Origin: Cyanophora paradoxa CCMP329
Lineage: Eukaryota > Plantae > Glaucophyta
NCBI GenBank assembly: GCA_004431415.1
Contig: QPMI01000255.1
Span: 1 to 64,000 of the forward strand
Direction: 5' to 3'
DNA length: 64,000 bases
Of the stretch, positions 50,601-60,800 are shown in pieces (position 1 is the stretch's first letter; each line of letters starts with the position of its first letter). The translations under genes were made by a program, and so were the position numbers. Below the pieces are notes generated by a model. That model worked only from the letters and a program-made list of their open reading frames with translations. It had not been told where the DNA came from and did not search any database.

Positions 50601-53600
50601 GCACGGCCTGATGTCGGGGTGCCGCTCGGAGCTCCAGGGCGGGTGCGTCAACGCGCAGGGCGAGCCGCTCTCGGGGCACACGCACCTTCGCCTCGAGGGC
50701 TCCAACGTGACGGGCTGCGTGGCTGGGATCGCCGGCGGCGGCGTCGCGTCCAGCGAGCGCGCCGTCGTTCGCGTCGCACAGTGCTCTTTTGTAGAGAACG
50801 TCGCCGGCCAGGCCGCTCTGGCCGGCAGCACCGGCGGAGGAGAAACCCAGGTCGGCGACGCGGGGGCCCTGCATGCCGCTGGGCAGTCTCTCGTCGCGGT
50901 CTCTTCGACGGTGTTCGTTGGCAATACCGCGCGGCGACGCGGCGGCGCTCTCGCGACCGATGCCTACGCCACAGTATCCGTTAACGGATCGACTTTCAAG
51001 TACAACCGAGCAGGTACTTTTAATATAAATATTTATGAGAGTGGAGAGACCAGCGTTGTCGCACGACTCGGCAAACATCGGCCAAGCTGAGCTTGCGCAG
51101 GGGATGGAGGCGTTCTGCACTCGTCGGGCGCCTTCGTCGAGCTTCGGCTCTGCACGGGGGCGCACAACTTCGCATCGCGGGGCGGGGCCGTGTTCGCGTC
51201 CAGGGGGAACCTCACCCTGGACTCGACGACCCTGGAGGAGAACGTCGCGGGCCAGCACGGCGGCGGCCTCTTCGTGGAGCCACAGGCGTGCGACGCCCTG
51301 ACGCTGCGCGACGCCGCCCTGCTGCGCAACAACGCGCACGAGGGCGGCGGCGGCGTCTTCTACAGCGCGCGCGACCTCTCCACCTGCGGCCTCTTCTCGC
51401 CCGAGGCGTGCAGGCAGTACTCCGAGAACACGGCCGGCTACGGCGCGGCGTGCGCCGCGCCGCCTCGGCGCATCGTCCCGACGCTCTTGACGGAGCCGAT
51501 CGGGGTGGCGAGCGCCAAGCCCCTCCTGATACAGGTGATGATGGAGGATGCGTACGGGTGCGCAATTGCACCCCCTCCCCCGTCGGCGCCCCATATATAT
51601 GCGCGCTCTGATGCGCGCCCCGCCAGCCAAACCGTCACAGATTCCGGGCCCCTAGCCCAGGTGTCCGCTGTTTCCGGTAGCTTGAGCTTCGTGTCGGGTG
51701 CGCGAGCTGCACTTCCGTCCCAAAATTGTATTGATCGCGGTCGCGGCTGAGCACGGCGAGCGCAGGGACGACGGTCAACGCGACGTCCAAGGGCGTGGCG
51801 CTGCTCTCTGACGTACGGCTTACAGACATGCCGGGGGGCGCCTACAACGTCTCTGTCTCCGTGGCCGACCGGCAGCTCGAGCCGGTCCTCCTCAGCGTCT
51901 TCCTCCGCAAGTGCATTCCGGGCGAGATCCATGACAGGGTCGCCCGTATCTGCTCCGAATGGTACGTATACGTATACGGAATTGCAGTAACTGATCTACT
52001 GTTTAAACTCGCTGAATTGTTCGTCGATCTGCAGCGGCCCGAACTTCTTCAGCCTGAATCCCGACGACGCGTCCTGCAACAGATGTGTTGAGGGCGCGGT
52101 CTGCGAGGGAGGGGCGGTCATCTACGCCAAACCGTGCGCTGTTCGATTTCATCAACATCGCTGCTCGCTGCCCGCACGGCTTCTGACACGCGCTGGCAGT
52201 GGCTGGTTCCAGAGCGAGTACGACCCCTCCATGTTCATCGAGTGCCCGAACGGCGAAGAGAGTTGCCTGGGCGGAAAGCCGCAGGAGCTCTTGCAGCAAA
52301 CACCGACGCTAGCAACTGAGTGCGGGAGCGACGCATCGGGGGCGGCAAACAGCTCTTCAAACTCGACGGCGTGCATACGACGGCGCAGGCTCTCCGGGGC
52401 GACCGCTGTGGCCGGCGGCGCTCAGCTCGAGGTCCCAGCGCCGGCGTTCCGGACGGCGTGCCAGTCGGGCTACCGCGGACCGCTCTGCGGCTCGTGCGGG
52501 ACGGGCTTCGGGAGGGCCGGCGAGTTCGCCTGCTCCAAGTGCCAGTCTGCCGCCATGTCCGCCGTCATCGGCATCTCCGCTGCCATCGCCTTCCTCTTCT
52601 TCGCCGGGTCAGTCCTTCCCGCGGCATTTGTCGTGCACCTTGGGAACAATTTCGCGCACGCACGCGTTTTTGGGACTTTCCGGCAAATTTAGGACACTTT
52701 CTCAAAACTCTGGGGGACATTGTCAACCGCATTTGCGTGCCTAGAAATTATGATATTAATCTCGGGTGCATTCGAGCGATTTTGCGCTGTTTAAGGGCAC
52801 TTTCGCGCAAGTCTGAGGCATTTCGCGCTAATTCGGGACACTTTCGCGCACATATCGTGCACTTTTGCACTTCAGTGCAAGCATAAAGCGCTTTCACAGG
52901 ATTCACGGCTGCCGGGGCGCCACTGACTGGCGGGGCAGGTACATCACGTGGACGACGATCCTGGACGCGAGCAACAAGGACGAGGAGGAGAAGCGAGGCC
53001 TCTTCCTGCAGATCCTCCTGGAGTTCCTCCAGCTGACGACCCTCACGAAGCGGCTCTCCGTCCGCTGGCCATCCGTCCTCAACGGCCTCTTCGAGTCGGA
53101 AGAGGCGATGGTGCGCCCACCACAGCGTTGACGCCGACCATGCGCATCTCTCGAACGCAAACGAGCGCCTTCGAATTCGATCCGGCCGTGACCGTCGGGG
53201 GCGTGCAGGTGAGCCCGACAGAGCAGGTCGTGAACCTGGACTGCCTCCTGGGGCTCAGCCGCAACGACCAGTCCCGCCCCATCCGCACCATCTACATCAA
53301 ACTCTTGTCCGCAGCAGCCCTCGCTTGCATGCCACGCTGCCCCGCGCGCGTGACAGCTAACCGGCGCTTGTAACTGCAGGTTCTACCTCCTGCTCCCGCT
53401 CGCTTCCTTCCGTGCGTTTCGCGAGAATTCGCAGCTTTGTCGACTCTCGGGTGCTCATAGAACTCCGTCTCTCGCAGTGATCCCGGTGTTGCTTGCGATC
53501 CTCGTGCCCCTTATGCACATCATGGCACAGCACGCGCGGCGGTGGGTGACGGCCCTGCTCCATCTCCTGCGGCTGAAGCGCGCGGCGAGCAACGATCACC

Positions 53601-54518
53601 GCAAGCTGGCGCTGCGCGGGACCCACTCGTCTTCGGCGATGATGCTGGACAAGCTCTCCGGGATGAAGATCTACAGCGCGCAGTGGTGGGCCGGCACCAA
53701 GCACATCTACGTCGTCGGCTGCATCGTCCTCATCTTCTTCTTCCAGGTGCACTAGTACTGACGGAATATGACTTCGGCGCATCGAGTCTATTCTAATTTC
53801 GAGTCCGTTCACCGCTGACGCTTCGATGCGTCCGCAACGCAGCCGATGGTCATCGCACGCCTCACCTCCTTCTTTGGTGCTCACGCAACCCGAAGCGGCC
53901 CCTGGCCACGCACATGGCGCATGCTCACGTGCGCTCACGCACAGGCTGCGTGAACATCGGCGGGGGCGTCTGGGTGTTAGCACAGGACTCGAGCATCGAC
54001 TGCTCCTCCGCCGAGTACCGCACCTGGATCTTCGGCGTCAACGTGCCCCTCCTCATGTGCGCCCCGTCTGCCGCCTCTGAAATCCCTCCGGGCGCTGCCC
54101 GCTGATCGCGAGCGCTGCGGGGCAGCTTCTACGGGCTGGGCATCCCGGCCGGGTTCGCCCTCTTCCTCTACCGGTACCGGGAGCGCATCCGGAACGACAG
54201 CGACGGCGACTTCCGCCTCTTCTTCTCCTTCCTCTACCGCGTCCGCCGCGCCCGCCCTCGAACCCCGCCGCAATGATTTCAGAGCGCGCGCCTCACGCGC
54301 CCCGCCCGCGAAACAGGGCTACGATCGGGAGCACTTCTACTTTGCGTTCGTTCCCCCCCCCCCCCCCCCCCCCCCACTTCCGCCTCTTCTTCTCCTTCCT
54401 CTACCGCGTCCGCCGCGCCCGCCCTCGAACCCCGCCGCAATGATTTCAGAGCGCGCGCCTCACGCGCCCCGCCCGCGAAACAGGGCTACGATCGGGAGCA
54501 CTTCTACTTTGCGTTCGT

Positions 54519-54567
<49 letters not shown>

Positions 54568-56448
54568 ACACACACCCTTCCTCCCCTCCTCCCGCCCGCC
54601 CCGCCCCGCCCCGCCCTTGCGTTGACTTTTAACGTCTGTACAGCTTCGTCTCTATGGTTCAAAAGACGGCCCTCGCCGTCTGCATGGCCGTTTTCAGCGA
54701 TCGGTGCGCCGGGCTCGATCGGCTGCGTTTGGGCAGGCCGACGTTGACGGCGCGCGCAGACCCCTGATTCAGGCCCTAATGGGCGCTTTCATTATCTTCA
54801 TAGGCAAGTGCTAGCGGAGCGCCCGCCGGCCTTATACGCAGCGCGCGCTGAGCGGCGGCTTCCGCGCACTGCGGCATGCGCAGGCATCGTGCTCCACATT
54901 CAGTTGAAGCCGCGCTCAAGCCGGCGGATGTCCGCGATCGAGGTGGCGTGCCAGATCGGCGTCCTCACCACCATCTGGCTGTGCGTCGACCTCCGCCCAC
55001 CCGTTTCGTCGTGACGCAAGCGGGCACCGCAGGGGTATCTTCCTCTTCCCGGACGCGGAGCTGAACGAGGACCAGAAGAGCCTGATCGCCGCCGTCGGGC
55101 TCATCTTCAACGTCTCCCTCGTCGCCATCCTGTGTCTCCTCTACCTCTTCGGCGAGGAGCGGGTCCGCCCGCTCCGCTTCCCCGCCCCATGGGGCGAAGG
55201 GTCGCCTGATCTTGAAGAGCTCCGTCTGGGCCGCAGGTGTTCGACAAGATGCGGACAGTCATGCCCTGGATGCGGAATATCCGCGCCCGCACCGTCATGG
55301 TGCGCCGCGCCCCGAAGGACGCCGACGCCGACGCGGATGGTGCGGCGGAGGGCTCGGAGGTCCCGCGGGGGCCCTCGCCGCGGCCGGGCAGCCTCGTGCA
55401 CGTGACGAGCCTGGACGGGGCGGAGCCCGAGCTCGAGCCGCCGCTCTCGGAGCCCGTGTACCGCGAGCTCGCGCCCGGCCCCGGCGACGACGTCGACCGT
55501 GAGAGCGCGAGCGCGGCGGGAGCCGGCCAGCGGGCACGCAGTCGCGGGAGGGACTACGGCGTCGATTCCGACGAGGAGCGCAAAGAGCGTGGCCTGGTCC
55601 TCGCGAAGGGGCCGATGGCGAGCCCGAGCCTGACGGGGACGGCGGGGCCGAGCCCGCTCCTCGCGGGCCTCCGGGGGCCCCCGCTGGAGGGCGGCGAGCG
55701 GGCAGCGGAGGAGCGGGCGCCCTCGGCCAGCGCCCGGCCCCCGAGCGTCACCGCGCCCGACCTCTTCCAGCTGGACGCCCGCCCGCGCCCGGACGGCGAG
55801 CTCGATCGCGAGCCCGGGGCCTCTGACGCCGCCCCCGAACCCGGCCATGAAAGCGGCAGCCCGTCCCTTGTCCGCGACGTCAGCCCCGAGCCGCCGCTTG
55901 TCAGCGTGGTCGACCCCGGGCAGCTGCGCAGGCAACGACGATCGGCGAGCGCGCCCATGATAATGGTCGAGCCAATGCTGCCGAACCAGCCGATCTCAAC
56001 CCGGCTCGACTTCGAGATGCTCCGCGTGGACGGGATGCTCCGCGTGGCGGGGGGCAACCCCGTCACCAGCGTCCATGCCGAATTCGACGGCGACCCGTCA
56101 TCGCTAGATCCGTTGATGCGGGTGGTGTCGCCGTCGCTGTCGGGGCGCAGGATCATCCTCCCGCCCCTGCAGACGGCGTCAGCGATCGCCCCTGTCGACG
56201 ATCCTTTCGGAGGGCGCTTCACGAGCAGCCCTCGGCCCCTCGGCTCAGACTTGGACGTGCTTCTCAGGCCGAGCTCGCGTGCGGCCGCTGGCGCCACCCA
56301 GCGCTCGCGGCCGCCGTCGACGTCGGCGTCGCCTGCCCCCGACCACGACGCCTCCGCCCCTGGCGTCGGCCGCGGTGGGGACGTCGACGGGGCGGCGCAG
56401 CGCGAGGATGGCGATCCTACCGTCAATTGCAAAATCGATGTTGTGTAA
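14611..56448 (+). CDS. Giant multi-exon cell-surface receptor/adhesin: CUB x28, PPC-like x2, WD40, CUB-like x~10, IPT/TIG x~13, SEA-like, beta-helix, Cys-rich, multi-TM, Pro-rich tail
   Basis: Unbroken chain of short + strand exons with GT..AG introns; phases matched at the junctions I checked; hydrophobic leader [21 protein letters not shown]; many N-x-S/T sequons; terminal exon 55237-56448 ends in TAA. Start codon uncertain (14371, 14555 or 14611). Single-gene status is inferred because no intergenic gap or second leader is visible. Confidence 0.7.
14640..32510 (+). CDS. Array of 28 cysteine-free CUB domains, three exons each (part of the giant gene)
   Basis: Repeated [27 protein letters not shown] | LIxAPEGQVVxLxFxxFDTExxxDYVR | [53 protein letters not shown] fits the CUB pattern (Y..W.I.AP.G..I.L.F..F..E..DY...DG..S..L.V.F.SD..GF.A.Y). 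Counted 28 GYDG-type exons from ~15092 to ~32339. Confidence 0.92.
22911..24240 (+). repeat. Near-identical 646-bp tandem duplication of a whole CUB module including introns (modules 14 and 15)
   Basis: Identical translations at 23292/23938 and 23279/23925 (offset 646); introns match apart from a few substitutions. Confidence 0.92.
32581..32935 (+). CDS. Long (SP/TP)n stalk; shorter PS linkers near 16610, 22840, 26240, 29930
   Basis: [25 protein letters not shown]...PTRTPSPS in ORF 32581..33162. Confidence 0.88.
32936..34260 (+). CDS. Two PPC-like beta-sandwich domains
   Basis: Twice: GxT...EAWFxF...xSTCSPxTxFxTxxWxL...C...YxIxV...GxFxLT, which resembles bacterial pre-peptidase C-terminal-like modules. 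Confidence 0.55.
34260..35210 (+). CDS. WD40 beta-propeller (about 7 blades) in one long exon
   Basis: [91 protein letters not shown]. Confidence 0.9.
35315..40970 (+). CDS. About 10 diverged CUB-like domains
   Basis: Recurrent ...W | (xx)xPxG..hxhxF.. | VFDG/VFEG/IFEG ... GFxA pattern, mostly with the intron inside the Trp codon, e.g. [35 protein letters not shown]. Confidence 0.65.
42120..47040 (+). CDS. About 13 IPT/TIG domains
   Basis: [83 protein letters not shown]|[12 protein letters not shown], often ending FxY/YxY. Confidence 0.85.
47100..47620 (+). CDS. SEA-like domain followed by a small Cys-rich motif
   Basis: [30 protein letters not shown]; [24 protein letters not shown]. Confidence 0.5.
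47860..51460 (+). CDS. Right-handed beta-helix with Pmp-like GGA(I/L/V) and FxxN repeats
   Basis: Cap [21 protein letters not shown], then many units such as [57 protein letters not shown]. Confidence 0.88.
51905..55152 (+). CDS. Cys-rich juxtamembrane region and ~9-TM membrane domain (type seen in protist beta-helix multi-TM receptors)
   Basis: [28 protein letters not shown]; [21 protein letters not shown]; [13 protein letters not shown]; NLDCLL; LAQDSSIDC; YGLGIPAGF; FSFLYRGY..FYF..VQK; IQLKP. Confidence 0.8.
54209..54575 (+). repeat. 167-bp direct duplication ending in poly(C), followed by (CA)n
   Basis: ACTTCCGCCTCTTC...TTTGCGTTCGTT-Cn starts at 54209 and again at 54376. Confidence 0.9.
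55237..56448 (+). CDS. Terminal exon: ~400-aa Pro/Ser/acidic disordered cytoplasmic tail
   Basis: ORF 55237..56448 after a CGCAG acceptor; ends CKIDVV-TAA; AT-richer 3' flank follows. Confidence 0.8.
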   Translation: MFDKMRTVMPWMRNIRARTVMVRRAPKDADADADGAAEGSEVPRGPSPRPGSLVHVTSLDGAEPELEPPLSEPVYRELAPGPGDDVDRESASAAGAGQRARSRGRDYGVDSDEERKERGLVLAKGPMASPSLTGTAGPSPLLAGLRGPPLEGGERAAEERAPSASARPPSVTAPDLFQLDARPRPDGELDREPGASDAAPEPGHESGSPSLVRDVSPEPPLVSVVDPGQLRRQRRSASAPMIMVEPMLPNQPISTRLDFEMLRVDGMLRVAGGNPVTSVHAEFDGDPSSLDPLMRVVSPSLSGRRIILPPLQTASAIAPVDDPFGGRFTSSPRPLGSDLDVLLRPSSRAAAGATQRSRPPSTSASPAPDHDASAPGVGRGGDVDGAAQREDGDPTVNCKIDVV

Positions 56449-57881
56449 CGCGTGTAAATTTAGCGTCGCGGCGAAGCATTCGGACCACCGTGGCATCCGA
56501 TTTTGCATAGGGCTTTCTAGGTTGCTAGGCTTTTCGCACGTTCATGTCACAGTGTACACGTAGGAATTTCGAAAAAAACTACTGTAGAATTTCGAGCTCG
56601 TAGCACCTTTTTGGGTTCCTGCTGCAAAATATATACTATGCGCATGCCATGATATCGATGATCGTTAGAACGTTGGAGCACGTGCGTATGCATCATGGCA
56701 TGGCCTCGCAGCTTCTCTTTTAACGAATTTAGATCGATCTTCTGATGAAAGATAGTAATGCGTAAATGATTTGTAGTTTCGATTCCGCCAAGTGTAAGTC
56801 GCTTTTACAGTATACGTATGCGTTCTTGTGCATGTCTAGGGAATCGTAGGCAAAGAAATGTGTAACGTAGTGTGTTGCCATGTGTAGTAGGCAAAAGTAG
56901 GCAAAGCGTTATATGTTGCTATGTATACACATGCGCAGTGCAAATTAAGTGTTCGAAATTATTGAAGCGCCAATTGCAGCGCTAGTCGACGTCTTGATTA
57001 AAGCCATATTGCATGATAAATTGAAGACATGATTCAAGCTGAGTGCCGAATCTGAAAGGGAGCAGCCAAACCAATTGCAATTCCAAAACTGAAGCTTTTG
57101 AGGGGAATGAGAATTCAAATGCCCCCTGCAGTGGGAAAGAAGTACGCGAAAGAGGATATCCAGTGCAAGAAGCCCAATATTTATGGGAATAACCAATGCA
57201 AAGGAATCGAAAGACTAATGTGAACAATAAAGAAGGACCGGAAATCAATTCGAAAGGAGGCTAAAAAATTCGAATTTGAAACACCAGGGCGCCTCATCAC
57301 CCTCAGCCTCACCCTCACCCTCAGGGCGCCTCATTCATGATCACGATTGGAATATTTGGGTCTCATGACGTCGGCGTCGACTGTTTCGAATTCACTCGCG
57401 TGCAATCACTCTCAGAGTCTAGATCTGATCACGTTGAGCTCGAGCCGGAGCCTGGACTGCGTGCGTTCTGGATAGGGCGCCGTGTCTGTCGTCTCGTCGC
57501 CGCGGCCGTACGCGCGATGGCCAGAGGGTTGGCATTGAGGAGGGCCGGGCCGGGTTCACGGTAGGTCTGACACCCCTTGTTTATAGCCGATCGCGAGTAT
57601 ACGTAGCTGCGCGGTACTTCTAGATCTGCCCTAGCGCTAGCGGCCATCATGGCACAGGCGTCGCTCCTGCCGGGCTGCGGAGCCGACGACGCTCTAGATC
57701 TGGCCCCAGCAAATTCGAATGGCGAACTTGCAATATTAATGCGCCTATTTGACAGAACGCACTAACTGAATGCAAACTAACTGAATACAAACTCGCATTC
57801 AATGCAGTGCGCAGCTGCGGCCTGCGCTACGCGACGGGGCGCTGGCTGGTGCTCGGGCGAGAGCTCGGGGGGCCTACTAAA

Positions 57882-60800
57882 CTAGTATGCCATGAAGTCG
57901 AGGGCCTCCTCGTTGGGGTCCTCGAGGGGCGAGTAGGAGACGACGGAGGCGGCGAGCTCGAGCGCGCGCCGCCGCGCCGCCGAGCCGGCCCGCACCGACG
58001 GCCGCCGCCCCGTTCCCGAGGGCGGCCGCCCCGCGTCCGGCGGCCCCGCGACGGTGAAGCTCTCGGGCCAGTGGGAGAGGGGGCGGCCCTCCTGCGTGAC
58101 CCGGATCTGGTAGTCGCCGGGGGCGCTGGGGCGGAAGAGGCAGACGAGCGTGCCGTCCCCGGGGCGGAGCCACGAGACGGGGAGGCGGGAGCCGTCGGCC
58201 AGCGAGTCGACGGCGACCTCGAAGGGGCCCCCGCCCCCGCCCCCGCCCTCGGCGGCGCCCTCGCCGGCGGCGTCGAACTCGGCGTGGGAGGAGAGGAAGG
58301 CGAGGCGGCACTCGGTCCCCGGCGCCATCGCAGGCCGCACCGTCGTCTCGCACAGCACCCGCGTCCCCTCCCCCGCTCCCCCCGCTCCCGCCGCGCCGCC
58401 GCCCCCGCGCTGCTCGCCCGCCGGCCCCGCCGGCACGCCACCTCCGCCGCGCCGGCGAGCGAGGAGAAGAGCGGCCCCGGGGCCCCTCGACCGCAGCCTG
58501 CGGGGCCTCGCCGGCGGCGCAACCCGCGGCGCCGAGCGGCTCGAGCTCGGGCGGCGCGCCCCGAGCAGCAGCGGCTCCGGGGCGCCCGGCGGGGGCGGGC
58601 GGCGAGGGGGCGGGGCGGCGTGCGGGGCCGGCTCGGGGTCCGTGGCGGTGTACTCGAGGGACAGGCGGGGAGGGCGCCCCCTGGAGGGCCACGGCGAGGG
58701 CGTAGCGCCCCGGCGCCGCCGGCGTGAAGCGCACGAGGGCCTCCCCGGGGCACCGCCGGGGAGGACGGCGGCGGGGAGCGTGGGCCGCCGGGGGCCGTGG
58801 CGGAGGCGGCGAGGAGCGCCGCCGCCTCCTCCGCCGGCGGCGCGTTGCCGAAGGCGTCGGCGAGGCGCACGCGCGCCTCCACGGGCCGCCCCGCCGGGCC
58901 CGCCGCCGGCCCCGCCAGCTGCACCTTCGCCTGCTCCGCGCTCACCTCCGCTGCCGCCGCCTCAGCGCGCAGGGCGCCGGCCGGGGCGCGGGGCAGGGCG
59001 GCGGACCCGGGACGACGGTGAGGGAGAGGGGCACGGGGCAGGGCTCGCGGCCGGCGACGCGGAGGAGAAGGCGTAGGGCCCGCCGGCCCGCCGCGGAGTG
59101 AAGCTCGCCGCGTACGACCCTGCGCCCCCGCCCCGCCCCGTCGCTCCCCGCCCCGGGGACGGGAGGGCGGGGCGGGGCGGACCGTGGCCGCGGTCGCGGA
59201 TGGCGACGGGGAGGGTGTCGCCGGCGGGCCCCACGCAGCGGAGGGCGAAGAGGGCGGCGTCGCCGCCGGCGCGGCGCAGGTTCCCGTGCGCGTCCACCGC
59301 CGTGAAGAGCAGCGCGCACTCCGTCCCCGCCACCAGCTGCCCGCTCCGCCCCGGCCCGTGGAAGCAGCGCCCCGGCTCCGGCGGCCCGGCTGCACTTCCA
59401 CGCCGGCCTCCAGCGGCGGCAGCGGCCCGGCGGGGCCCCCACGCCGGCGCGAGGGGCACGGGGCGGGCGGGCGGGCGGGGAGGCGGAGGGAGGCGGTGTA
59501 GGAGCCGGCGACGGTGGGGCGGAACTCGGCGAGGAGCGCCCCCGGCCGCGTTGGGTGCGGCCCGAGGGCCCCGGGCACCGTGATCACCGCCTCGGGGGCC
59601 CCGGGGCGCGCCGCCGCCGCGCGGAGCTCGGGAGCGAGGGTGCGCGCGTCCACCGACGCCCCCGCGTTGCCGAACTCGTCCCGCGGCACAAGCGCCACCC
59701 GGCACGCACTGCGTCCCCGCGTCAGCGCCGCCGAGCAGGAGGGGGGAGGGGGGGGGGGGGGAGGGGGCAGGGCTGCTCGCCCGCCGGCGGTGCAGTGGGG
59801 CGTCTCGAGCTCGAGGCGGGAGGTGAGGGGTGCGCGGGGCCCGGGGCGACCCGTAGGGGAAGGGCGATCCCGGGAGGGGCTGTCCGGCGAGGGCGAGGTG
59901 GACGCGGTAGCCGCCGGCGCGCCGCAGGCGGAGGGTCGCCACGAGGGCGCCCCGCCGGCCGGCGCGGGGGCGACCTCCGCCGGCAGCGTCTCCCCGCCGG
60001 CGGCATCGGCCTCGGCCCACGCCTCGAGCACCGGTCCGACGGGGGCGGCAGGGCCCCCGCCTGCGCCGCCAGCACGACGGTCGCCCGCCACGCCGCCCCG
60101 GCCCGCACCTCCGCCGGAGGCCGCCCCGCCAGCTCCCCGCCCGCCGGCCCGGCCCCGTCGCGCCCGCCTGGGCGCCGGCGTCGGCACAGCTTCGGGGTCC
60201 CTCGAGTAGCTCGACTCGTCGGCCTCCGTTCCGCTCCCGCCAGTCTCCGATGCCGCCGCCGCCTTGAGCGCCGCGGCGGCCTCCTCGCCAGGGTCCTCGG
60301 CGGGAGCGGGAGGGGGCGGCGGGCGAGGGCCTGGGCGGGGCCTGGACGGGGCCGGGAGGGCGCGCCAGCGGAGGGGCGTGCCGGGAGGGCGCCCCCGCGA
60401 CGGCGACGCGGAGCTCGTACTCGCCCGCGGCGGCGGCGGCGGCCCCGCGGTAGACGCCCTCCCCGGCCTCCTCCAGCCGGCCCAGCGCCACCTCGCCCCG
60501 CCGCCGGCGCCCACGGGCCGGCGGCGAGGGCGAAGCGGGCCGCGTCGGCGCCCTGGGGGCGGAGGAAGCCGTTGCAGTCGCGGGCGACGATGACGAAGGA
60601 GAAGGGGGCGCCGGCGGGGAGGGGCCCCGCGCGCTCCGCGGCGACGCTGCAGCGGGCCGCCTCCAGCGGGCCGCTCTCCTCCCCGCACTGCGTCCCCGGC
60701 GCCGCATCCGCCTCCTCTTGCGCCCCTTGCGCCTCCTCCTCCTCGACCCCCCCCCTCTCCAGCAGCTCCTCCACAGCCTCCTCCTCTCTCTCCGCCCTCC

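Noticed and set aside
47860-51460. Bacterial autotransporter or contamination
   Set aside because: Interrupted by spliceosomal introns and followed by alpha-helical TM segments rather than a beta-barrel.
56945-57335. AT-rich ORFs and short ACCCTC repeats (telomere-like)
   Set aside because: No recognisable protein in any frame; repeats too few and irregular.
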